A stretch of DNA of 23,697 nucleotides from Calditrichia bacterium (GTDB lineage Bacteria > Calditrichota > Calditrichia > RBG-13-44-9). A program made the translations under genes and the position numbers. Below are positions 1 to 8,015 of this stretch, piece after piece (the first letter of the stretch is position 1; each line of letters begins with the position of its first letter). Location of the stretch: NCBI GenBank assembly GCA_037381445.1, contig JARRQT010000050.1, positions 1 to 23,697 on the forward strand, given 5' to 3'. The notes under the pieces were generated by a model that saw only the letters and a list, made by a program, of their open reading frames with translations, was not told the DNA's origin and did no database searches.

Positions 1-111
1 CTATAGTAGAAGAAAATAATCCTTAACAGGTTTTTTCACGAATTAGATAATTGCAAAGCAATGAAGCTTTCTAAATTTAAGGGGAAAGATTTTGAAACTA
101 ATTTTTTAAAT

Positions 112-148
112 AAAAAAGCCGGAATCCTCAAAGGATCCCGGCTTTTTT
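112..148 (-). terminator. Rho-independent terminator downstream of the secreted multiheme cytochrome (potentially bidirectional)
   Basis: Minus strand reads AAAAAA-GCCGGGATCCT-TTG-AGGATTCCGGC-TTTTTT: an 11-bp stem (one G-U pair on the - strand, an A-C mismatch on the + strand), a 3-nt loop and a U6 tail, about 30 nt past the stop at 176. Confidence 0.9.
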
Positions 149-175
149 GTCAGAAAAATGCCAGCAAAGATACTA

Positions 176-2968
176 TTATTTTACCAGCAGCATCTTCTTG
201 GTTAACACGTGGGATTTCGCTTCCATTCTGTAAATATACACGCCAGCACTCACAACATTTCCGTTATGATCGCGGCCATTCCAGACGATGTCATGGAAAC
301 CTGCGCTCAATTTTCCGGAAACCAGCGTGCGGATCGGCTTGCCAAGCATATCGTAAATAATAATGCGAACTTCTTCATTGTTTGGCAATCCAAAGCTTAT
401 ATGGGTCGAAGGATTGAACGGATTCGGGAAGTTCTGCTGAAGTACAAAATCAGTCGGAACTGCCTGGTTGTTCTTATCTCCGATTCCCGTATAAGTGACA
501 GCAACTTCGCTGGATGTCTGACTTTCATTACCGGAGAAGTCAAAAGCGGCTACTTTGTAGTAGTAACTTTCATTTGCGCTGACTTCGGCATCGGTATAAG
601 TGACATCCGTCGTATTCGCTATGGGTTCCATATTCTGAATACTGAAATTGGGAGAAGTGCTGCGATAAATCGCGAAATAGTTGAAATCTGCGTCGGTTGA
701 CTCATCCCAGGTCAGCGTAATGCCCGAAGCGGTGATCTGGCCATTGACATTGGACGGCGCTGTAGGAGCCAGGTTGTCCACGGAGTAACCGCTATCGGGT
801 GCTGTAGACATATTCATGGCAGGAACACTGGTGTAACCAGTCACAATGAAATATGACCAATGCTGACCATCTATTTTGGTGGAATCATACAAGGTCGGGA
901 CAATTGCGCTGTAGGTTGCATTTCCGCCGGCGGGAACTTCACCTGCGAAATCCCAGACCTCTCCGTTCAACTGCAATGCGGCATTTTCATCCAGAGAAGC
1001 CGAGGACAGTTGTTCGAGAGAAGTGTAAACAGATTTGGCTGTGTTCTGGGCATTGGCCGGAGCAGCATTCATATCAGCTTTTCTCCAGATCACATAATTC
1101 TGGATCGGATTGTCTACCGCACCGTCGCCGCTGAACCGGCTCCACACGATCCTGACCTGACGGCCCTGATCATTGGGAACGTCAGCGATTTCTTCAATCA
1201 TTCCGGCACCTAAATCGCCTGTGGTCAAGGCATTGTAGGAGGCCTTCAGCAAGCCGATCGTGAATTTGGCATTATGGATACCAAAGCTGCCATCGGCTTC
1301 AATCATTAAATAGTTATAGGCGGCTTTTAACTGTACCGGCGTGTAATCTTCCGTTACGGTGACTGTCTCTTCATTGAGAGGAGGCAGCAGCATACCAATT
1401 TCTTCCAGCATTCCTTTCACTTCATCCTGGATACTTTCGATATTGCCGTCAGCGTCATAATCTTCACTGGCTTTGAAGTCGGCAAACGAAGTGACATTGC
1501 CGTGGCAGGTCTGGCATGCGCCAACCAGATCAACCTCGCCCTGGTCTCCGGTATAGCTCACCATAAAAGTATGACCACCGATATGATCCCGGCCATACTG
1601 GCTTGGATCGCTTGGATTGGGAGCCACGCCATCACCGGGTGTGGGTGCCATATGGCAGGTGACGCAGGAATTTCCAACCACTTTAATATGAGTAGAACTG
1701 GGAATGTTCTGGCCGAATGTCACAGCATTTGTTCCGGCCAATACATCCGCCTGGGGTCCTTCATGGGGGCCAAAATGGGATGCATATTGTGTGGTGTAAG
1801 TTGCTGCATCGCGGCGGGAACGGTGGCAATTCATACAGAGTTTACCAGTTCCGCCATCGGAAATCACATCGCCATTCTCCAGCGTAACAGTTGCGGTGGA
1901 GTGCAGTTCGGCAGTATGCGGCTCATGGCAGGCGGCACATGAGATGTTGCCGGGTGCGGCGGGATCGAATTCCAGATTGCTGTCAAATTTTGCGGCAAAT
2001 CCCAATGCGCTGTGGCAGACACCGCAATCTTCGCGGGTGGGAGCGCCGTGAGCAGCAGTGTACTGATCGTAGTTATGGGGAGAATTTTTCCACTGTTTGC
2101 TGTGGAAATGACGCCAGGGTTCATCATGGCATCTTCCGCAAACATCCTGATCCATAGATACTGACATTTTCGATGAAATAAAGACTTTTTGATGCTCACT
2201 GGCCGGACCATGGCAGTTTTCGCATTGGATACTTGCCAGGGGAGCAAGTCCGGAATATTTAACAACCAGGGTGTCCCATTCGCCGGCCTGAGGATGAGCC
2301 GGGAATACCCAGCCTAAATCAGCAGCAACGTCATCGAAACCATGATTGACGGCAGTCGGGTCGGTGTCATATCCCAGCGTATGGCATTCAATACATGATT
2401 CGGCATAGTGATCACTAGCAACTCCATTAATACCCTGCTGGAAAAGCAAAGAGTGGCCGGTTCCTGCCCATTGACTGATTTTATCGCTCATACCCTGGTG
2501 GCAATAGCAGTTTCCGTTTTCATAATCATTCGGATTGGCTATTAGGCTGTCCACATTGCCAACGCCCACATAATCTGCGCTAATGATAGTAACTGTTGTC
2601 GATGCGGTGCCGGTTGCGGTTGTAATGGTCAGCTGAACCACGTAGGTTCCGATCATACCGGGCCTGAAAGTGGTCCACTCGGTATCTGTGCTGTCCAGCG
2701 TGGTTGCATCACCCGCCGGGACTGTGGTCAATGACCACTCATAGGCGGTGACGGCTTCACCGGCGAGGTCTCTGCCGGACAAGTAAACCAGTTCGCCTTT
2801 TCCCACGGTTGTCAAACCGGTAGAGGGTGAAGATTCCCACCCGAGCTCTTCAAGGTCGCCATGGCTCAGACCCTGCACTATAATTTTGGGCGTCTGGGCG
2901 CTTCCTATTGCCAGGAGACCCATCAGCAAAAAGACCGTAAGAGCAAAAATTGGAACTCTTAATTTCAT
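176..2968 (-). CDS. Secreted multiheme c-type cytochrome (8 CxxCH + 1 CxCH) with N-terminal PKD/Ig-like domain, FN3 domain and C-terminal T9SS-type/FlgD-Ig sorting domain
   Basis: 930 aa. Sec signal MKLRVPIFALTVFLLMGLLAIGSA|Q and SD AAGGAG upstream. Heme motifs: CIECH, CENCH, CGRCH, CGVCH, CAACH, CMNCH, CVTCH, CQTCH, plus CYCH. FN3-like segment 'DNLAPTAPSNV...LTWDE...YYYKVAAFDFSGNES'. CTD 'LQQNFPNPFNPST...IYDMLGK...WNGRD...AGVYIYR...KKMLLVK'. Confidence 0.9.
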   Translation of the reverse strand: MKLRVPIFALTVFLLMGLLAIGSAQTPKIIVQGLSHGDLEELGWESSPSTGLTTVGKGELVYLSGRDLAGEAVTAYEWSLTTVPAGDATTLDSTDTEWTTFRPGMIGTYVVQLTITTATGTASTTVTIISADYVGVGNVDSLIANPNDYENGNCYCHQGMSDKISQWAGTGHSLLFQQGINGVASDHYAESCIECHTLGYDTDPTAVNHGFDDVAADLGWVFPAHPQAGEWDTLVVKYSGLAPLASIQCENCHGPASEHQKVFISSKMSVSMDQDVCGRCHDEPWRHFHSKQWKNSPHNYDQYTAAHGAPTREDCGVCHSALGFAAKFDSNLEFDPAAPGNISCAACHEPHTAELHSTATVTLENGDVISDGGTGKLCMNCHRSRRDAATYTTQYASHFGPHEGPQADVLAGTNAVTFGQNIPSSTHIKVVGNSCVTCHMAPTPGDGVAPNPSDPSQYGRDHIGGHTFMVSYTGDQGEVDLVGACQTCHGNVTSFADFKASEDYDADGNIESIQDEVKGMLEEIGMLLPPLNEETVTVTEDYTPVQLKAAYNYLMIEADGSFGIHNAKFTIGLLKASYNALTTGDLGAGMIEEIADVPNDQGRQVRIVWSRFSGDGAVDNPIQNYVIWRKADMNAAPANAQNTAKSVYTSLEQLSSASLDENAALQLNGEVWDFAGEVPAGGNATYSAIVPTLYDSTKIDGQHWSYFIVTGYTSVPAMNMSTAPDSGYSVDNLAPTAPSNVNGQITASGITLTWDESTDADFNYFAIYRSTSPNFSIQNMEPIANTTDVTYTDAEVSANESYYYKVAAFDFSGNESQTSSEVAVTYTGIGDKNNQAVPTDFVLQQNFPNPFNPSTHISFGLPNNEEVRIIIYDMLGKPIRTLVSGKLSAGFHDIVWNGRDHNGNVVSAGVYIYRMEAKSHVLTKKMLLVK

Positions 2969-3086
2969 ACATCTCTCCTTAGTTAGTTATACCTGTGCTA
3001 GTAATTAATAATTTTTATTTAACACTCCAGAGTAAGCATGGGAAAAAAGTATCAAAGAGACTTACTCCTTTAAGTGAAAATATTCC

Positions 3087-3103
3087 CACAATATTTGTGC
3101 CAA
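3087..3103 (-). promoter_or_regulatory. Sigma54 (-24/-12)-like promoter of the secreted cytochrome gene
   Basis: Minus strand TTGGCACAAATATTGTG: a perfect TGGCAC -24 box with GG-N10-GT in place of GG-N10-GC. It is adjacent to an NtrC-family gene and matches the element at 7094-7110. Confidence 0.72.
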
Positions 3104-3131
3104 GGTTTTTATGATGATACAATTATAATAT

Positions 3132-3144
3132 AATCAATACTTTA
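3132..3144 (+). promoter_or_regulatory. Putative IHF-binding site
   Basis: AATCAA-TACT-TTA is an exact match to WATCAANNNNTTR and lies between the sigma54 core and the first enhancer palindrome, the usual position for IHF. Confidence 0.55.
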
Positions 3145-3178
3145 AAAAGCGACTTGGGTTGCTCATTTTATCAAAATG

Positions 3179-3285
3179 TGGGGCATATATGTCTCATGCA
3201 CATACGATGATAATGTTTAAATGTATGAATAATTTAAACTTATATGGTTGCGACATTGCTGCATCAATGGGACATGAATGTCACA
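3179..3285. promoter_or_regulatory. Three 18-bp palindromic upstream activator sequences (putative binding sites of the NtrC-family regulator)
   Basis: TGGGGCA-TATA-TGTCTCA (3179-3196), TGCGACA-TTGC-TGCATCA (3249-3266), TGGGACA-TGAA-TGTCACA (3268-3285). The same motif recurs at 7186-7312. Confidence 0.7.
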
Positions 3286-3464
3286 GTGAATGGGCCTGGC
3301 ATAAAATGATTTGAGTAATTTTTAAAAAATTAATATGTAAATGAAATGATTTGTCGAAATTTGGGGGTGATTGTTCGAATATGTGCTTTATTGTGAGTGT
3401 TTGTTCAGGTGTGGAGGATGCGGATAAACATGCGGCAGAGGAGAGATCAATGCTAATTGGCGAG

Positions 3465-4832
3465 CTATTTTAATCTGTATTTTTTTATAAGACGGTGAAT
3501 GGTGCGCCGGTCGATACCGCAGGCTTCAGCGGTGCGGCTGATATTCCAATCATATTTCCGCAAATTGATTTCAAGATATTCCTTCTCAAAATTTTCCAGA
3601 ATTTGCTCTTTGGCTTCCTTAAATGACAGATTCTCAAGATTTGGCATGGATTTTTGATTAAGTTCCTGTGTGAGGTAAGAGGGTAAATCGGTTGATCGGA
3701 TAGCCGGAGACGAAGCCATGTAGTAGGTGCGTTCAATCACATTCTGCAATTCCCGGACATTTCCCGGCCAGGGATATTGCCGCAGGGTTTCCAGGGCCTT
3801 TGGATTGATTTTATGGATTTCCCGGTTGTATTTGCCTTCCAGTTCGTTTAAGAAGTATTGCAGCAGTAACGGTATATCTTCTTTCCGTTCCCTTAAAGGC
3901 GGGATTATAATATGAATGGTATTGATCCTGTAAAAAAAGTCTTCTCTCAGCCAGCCCTGCTCCAGCGCATCCTGCAATTCGCGGTTTGTTGCGCTCACCA
4001 CCCGGATATTTACCGGAATTTCTTTCTGGCCTCCAATCCGCCGGATTTTTCTTTCTTCCAGCATGCGCAGCAGCTTTACCTGCAGGTTTTGGGGCATTTC
4101 ACAAATTTCATCCAAAAACAGGGTGCCCCCGTTTGCAAGCTCTACCAGTCCGGGCTTGGCCTGAAAGGCGCCGGTGAAGGCACCTTTTTCGTATCCGAAT
4201 AATTCGCTCTCAAATAGCTGCTCCGGCAGTGCCCCGCAATTGATGGGAATGATGGGATGATTACGCCTCAAAGAATGTTTGTGAATACTTCTGGCAACAA
4301 GTTCCTTTCCCACCCCGCTCTCGCCGGTGATCAATACATTGCCGTTACCATAGGCAACCTTCTTTATCATGCTGAAAATATTGTGCATAGCGGGACTGAT
4401 TCCCACGATATTTTCAAAGCCTTCCTGAATCTCGGAATTGGCAGGTTCATTCGCAGGAAAGATCTGTTTGATAGCGTTTGCTACGGATTCAAGGAGTTTT
4501 TTGCTGGAAAAGGGTTTTTCGATAAAATCAAAGGCGCCGCTTTTTACCGCTTCCACCCCGATCTCCAGGGTACCATATCCGGTGACCATAATGACAGGAA
4601 GATGAGGATGATTTTTCTTTAGAATTGACAGAAAACTCAACCCATCCATTCCGGGCATTTTTAGATCAGAAATTACCAGGGAGAACTGATGATTGTTTTC
4701 CAGCATCTCAAAGGCTTCTTCAGCCCGTGAAGCGGTGTAAACTTTGTACCCGGCACGATTCAAAATCTTTTGATAGCTGACCAGCATTTCCTGTTCATCA
4801 TCAACCACTAAAATTTCCGGCTTATCCATCAT
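3465..4832 (-). CDS. Sigma54-dependent NtrC/AtoC-family response regulator (REC-AAA+-Fis HTH)
   Basis: REC domain (VVDDE, D in 'ISDLKMP', FIEKPF), Walker A GESGVGKE, GAFTGA loop, FLDEI, WPGNVRELQN and a C-terminal HTH 'NISRTAEACGIDRRTIHRLIKKY'. The start overlaps the kinase 3' end and may be the second ATG at 4829. Confidence 0.96.
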   Translation of the reverse strand: MMDKPEILVVDDEQEMLVSYQKILNRAGYKVYTASRAEEAFEMLENNHQFSLVISDLKMPGMDGLSFLSILKKNHPHLPVIMVTGYGTLEIGVEAVKSGAFDFIEKPFSSKKLLESVANAIKQIFPANEPANSEIQEGFENIVGISPAMHNIFSMIKKVAYGNGNVLITGESGVGKELVARSIHKHSLRRNHPIIPINCGALPEQLFESELFGYEKGAFTGAFQAKPGLVELANGGTLFLDEICEMPQNLQVKLLRMLEERKIRRIGGQKEIPVNIRVVSATNRELQDALEQGWLREDFFYRINTIHIIIPPLRERKEDIPLLLQYFLNELEGKYNREIHKINPKALETLRQYPWPGNVRELQNVIERTYYMASSPAIRSTDLPSYLTQELNQKSMPNLENLSFKEAKEQILENFEKEYLEINLRKYDWNISRTAEACGIDRRTIHRLIKKYRLK

Positions 4833-6345
4833 AGACCTCCATGGTAATGATAAATCTTGCGCCGCTATGCCCGACCTTTTCCAGGTTTATGTTTGCATTA
4901 TGATTGGCGAGGATATTTTTAACAATGAATAAGCCTAATCCCGTGCCCTTGTCGGAATCCTTTGTGGTGAAAAAAGGCGAGAAAATTTTGTTGTGATATT
5001 CATCCGGGACCCCCGGGCCATTATCCTGATAAGCAACCCGGTAAATGGATTTGCCCTTTTCATCATATATTTTTTTGGTGACGACCTGAATAACACCGCT
5101 ATTTTCGCAAATAAAATCAAGGCTGTTATTGATGAGATTGCAGAATACCTGTTCAAGTTGATTAAAATTTCCCCAGACTATGGAAGGCGATTGAGGCATA
5201 TTTAGCTTTATCTTGACCTTGCACTTTTTTATTCGGGGCTCCAGGATTTTAATGGAATGGGGAATCAGTTCATTGAGATTTACTTCGGAGAAGGTATGTG
5301 GCAGTTTGCGCGAATAATGTAGAATACTGCGGGTGGTTTCTGCAATTTTTTCAGTTTGTTGAATGATGATGTCAAGATCTTCGATGCTGCCGGAATTTAC
5401 ATTTTGGTCCAGCATTTCATCTTTAAGATATTCTGCCCGGGTCAGAATGATACCAGCCGGATTATTGACCTCATGAGCGATTTCGGCGGCGACTTCGCCT
5501 AATGTCACCAAGCGATCCGCCCGCTGCAGTTTTTCCAGAAAAAATTGCTCTTCTTTTTGGCGGGAGATTTTCAAATTTTCGACCATCTGGTTGAATTTTT
5601 GCGCCAGCAAAGCCAGCTCATGCTGGCCGGGCATCCGAATCTTAAAATCAAAATTTCCTTTTGGCAGGTGTTCGAACCCTGCCATTATGGTTTTAAGTCT
5701 GGTTTCTACTTGAGATTGATAGAGTAAGTTCAGCAGAATCCAGAGAATAACGATGATGAGGACACCGCCAAAAATTATTAATTTCTTGGAGGCGACATAC
5801 ATCTGATCCGATTGTGTAAAGCCGGCCTTGATATCCATGACGGCAATCAGGGCTCCTTCATTCTTGTGACAGGGTGTGCATTCCTTCTGAATGTAAATGG
5901 GATGACGGTGAGTGTAGATGTTCCCATTGCGCGCAAATGCTTCAATTTCAGACGATCCGTCTTTACTAGAGGTCAACATATTGGAATACGTCCGCACATT
6001 TTTGTTGACTTCGCTTCTGGAAGAGGAATAGAGAATTTTTCCGGTCGGTCTGTAGATGCGGACCTGTTTTATGGTTGGTTCCATGGCCAGCAATTCCAGA
6101 TTATGCTGAATGACCAGGGAATCATTTTTCATCATGCCGTCAAAGATGAATTGATATACTACCTGGCTGGTGGTCTCGATCATGTTCACTGAAAAATCGG
6201 AATAATTTTTATCAAGCTGGTAAACGAATAGGCCTACCGGAACACCGACCACCAGCAAAAGTATTATGGTGATAAATGCCATGAGGCGGAATTTGAGCGA
6301 GAAAAATTTTATTTCAATTTTCTTCTTTAATCTATCTGAAAACAT
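4822..6345 (-). CDS. Membrane sensor histidine kinase (NtrB-like, HAMP-HisKA-HATPase) with periplasmic CxxCH heme-binding motif
   Basis: Two TM segments flank a periplasmic domain containing ECTPCH. HAMP 'ELALLAQKFNQMVENL', H-box 'IAHEVNNP', N-box 'QVFCNLINNS', G-boxes 'DNGPG', 'FSPFFTTK', 'GTGLGL'. Confidence 0.94.
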   Translation of the reverse strand: MFSDRLKKKIEIKFFSLKFRLMAFITIILLLVVGVPVGLFVYQLDKNYSDFSVNMIETTSQVVYQFIFDGMMKNDSLVIQHNLELLAMEPTIKQVRIYRPTGKILYSSSRSEVNKNVRTYSNMLTSSKDGSSEIEAFARNGNIYTHRHPIYIQKECTPCHKNEGALIAVMDIKAGFTQSDQMYVASKKLIIFGGVLIIVILWILLNLLYQSQVETRLKTIMAGFEHLPKGNFDFKIRMPGQHELALLAQKFNQMVENLKISRQKEEQFFLEKLQRADRLVTLGEVAAEIAHEVNNPAGIILTRAEYLKDEMLDQNVNSGSIEDLDIIIQQTEKIAETTRSILHYSRKLPHTFSEVNLNELIPHSIKILEPRIKKCKVKIKLNMPQSPSIVWGNFNQLEQVFCNLINNSLDFICENSGVIQVVTKKIYDEKGKSIYRVAYQDNGPGVPDEYHNKIFSPFFTTKDSDKGTGLGLFIVKNILANHNANINLEKVGHSGARFIITMEVYDG

Positions 6346-6680
6346 TTAACTGTTCACATTTGGAAAAACCGGATTATAAAAGCATATCTCAAAAATCTAC
6401 TTAAATATACTAATTTTTATGAATATATAAAATCTTTCCCAAAAAATAAAAATCTTTCTTATTTCTCACACTTTCAGGCGGTGACAGCGCTTGGCTGCTG
6501 TGTTGGAATGAAAAGGATCCAACAAAATAATTATAGTCTTTCCGCCAATGGTTTGGTTTGATTTTGCGGGCTTGGAATGATCAAAAGCAAATATGAGAAA
6601 GAATGATCGTTTTATTGTCAGTGTTTGTGCTTCGATTCAAAAAGAGACTGCTGTTTGAACTGTTGAGAAGGGAGTGCCAG

Positions 6681-7061
6681 CTATTTTGCCAGCGAGGATG
6701 GAATCTGCAAAATGGATCCGATTATTTCACAGGTGGTGTCCACTGAGACAGGCTTAACCTGATGTGAGATGATGCCCAATGATAATGCAGCAGTGCACAG
6801 GTCCATTTTGTCCGCAGATAAAAACAGTACAATTTTGGTGCTGCGATGGATTGAATGAATAACGTGGATCATATTACTTACCTGGTTACCGAGCAAATCA
6901 ACATCAAGAATGGCCAGATCGGAATAACGGACCAGCAAATTCTCGACCATGTCCAAGGAATTTGTGAAAATGCTGATTTCCATTTCATTTTTGCTTTTCA
7001 GCGAATTTTTGACCTCGCTGAAATATTGAATATCTGATGATAATGTAAGAACCCTGTTCAT
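6681..7061 (-). CDS. Stand-alone, atypical receiver (REC) domain protein
   Basis: 126 aa with a CheY-like pattern: 'DLAILDVD' (candidate phospho-Asp), 'IVLFLS', 'HQVKPV' (conserved K-P). The N-terminal acidic pocket is degenerate (VLTLSSD). Confidence 0.75.
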   Translation of the reverse strand: MNRVLTLSSDIQYFSEVKNSLKSKNEMEISIFTNSLDMVENLLVRYSDLAILDVDLLGNQVSNMIHVIHSIHRSTKIVLFLSADKMDLCTAALSLGIISHQVKPVSVDTTCEIIGSILQIPSSLAK

Positions 7062-7093
7062 TCACGATTCCAACTTCAATTTGTGTAATTAAG

Positions 7094-7110
7094 CACATAT
7101 TCTGTGCCAG
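7094..7110 (-). promoter_or_regulatory. Sigma54 (-24/-12)-like promoter of the receiver gene
   Basis: Minus strand CTGGCACAGAATATGTG: TGGCAC plus GG-N10-GT, the same variant as at 3087-3103. Confidence 0.68.
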
Positions 7111-7185
7111 TTTGTAGAAAGTCTTTTAAGTGACTGTTTTTATATTAAATAGGAATTGTTTGTAAATTCTCAGATTTCCATAAAG

Positions 7186-7312
7186 TGGGGCTAATTTGTC
7201 ACAAAAAATTAATACAAAATCATAAGTCATATAATAACAGTAGTTTGATATATTGGGACAAACGTGACGCAGGTGAGGCATCGGTGTCGCAGGGCTGAGG
7301 TTTTATGTCTCA
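7186..7312. promoter_or_regulatory. Three full plus one degenerate palindromic upstream activator sequences
   Basis: TGGGGCT-AATT-TGTCACA (7186-7203), TGGGACA-AACG-TGACGCA (7254-7271), TGAGGCA-TCGG-TGTCGCA (7274-7291), and TGAGGTT-TTA-TGTCTCA (7296-7312, one base short). Confidence 0.68.
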
Positions 7313-7538
7313 AAACCTCTGACGGGGAGAAAAATTTATAAAAGAAGCAAAAATGTGCTGGCAAGACAGTATTCGATCTAAATTTTCATAAGCATATTTG
7401 CATATTGGTGATTGACCGTGACAGAAGATTTCCAGAAAGATGCGTGGTTTCAAAATATTTAATACGCATTCCTTAATTGGATTTTGTGCCCTTTTGCATA
7501 TCTTTCTACGGCAGAATATGAGCGTTCTTGTTGTTTTC

Positions 7539-8015
7539 TTATATATTGGCCCCCGAATCGTCCTGCCATAGTCTGACCTGAGCTTTGATATCTTTAATTA
7601 CCAGATCGATTGAAGAGGCGACTTCAGGGCTAAGAGAATCCCCCCAGATATTGCTCTTTGGTTCAACGCCAATTATGATGCATTCATCAGGTCTAATTTT
7701 CAGCAGACCCATAAGTGCCAGAACCTCGTGAAAGGTGACCTGGTGTTCGGATAGTTTCATGAAAACTCCGGTTGGTACCCGATCTGCTTTGAGCCTGATC
7801 ATCTGGCCGGGCTGCTTTCCGGATTGAACAATGTCCACTATGATAATATGAGTTTTGTCCGCCAGATAGGGAAGAAGGTAGAGTCCGATGGAGCCACCAT
7901 CGAGAATTTCAATATCAGGCAGTTCTCCGGACTCTTTTAACCTTCTAACCGTTTCAACTCCAAAACCGTCATCACCGAGCAGCGGATTCCCGATTCCAAT
8001 TACTGCAATGTTCAT
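7539..8015 (-). CDS. hyaD: Hydrogenase maturation endopeptidase (HyaD/HupD/HybD family)
   Basis: Motifs 'VIGIGNPLLGDDGFG', 'LDGG', 'IIVD', 'SEHQ', 'IIGVEP', 'LSPEV'. ATGA overlap with the cytochrome b gene. Confidence 0.95.
   Translation of the reverse strand: MNIAVIGIGNPLLGDDGFGVETVRRLKESGELPDIEILDGGSIGLYLLPYLADKTHIIIVDIVQSGKQPGQMIRLKADRVPTGVFMKLSEHQVTFHEVLALMGLLKIRPDECIIIGVEPKSNIWGDSLSPEVASSIDLVIKDIKAQVRLWQDDSGANI

Noticed and set aside
61..2265. Short ORFs overlapping the cytochrome gene (e.g. 61-360, 209-700, 860-1213, 1502-1942, 1864-2265)
   Set aside because: Antisense or off-frame shadows of a well-supported gene with no recognisable motifs; 61-360 also runs through the terminator.
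176..2968. Calling the secreted cytochrome NrfA, octaheme nitrite reductase, HAO, OmcS or OmcZ
   Set aside because: No CxxCK, and I cannot confirm family-specific heme spacing by eye. Left unnamed pending a structural or HMM search.
7297..7319. Hairpin GAGGTTTT-N7-AAAACCTC as terminator of the hydrogenase operon
   Set aside because: AT-rich 8-bp stem with no U-tract on the minus strand; it overlaps a degenerate enhancer palindrome.
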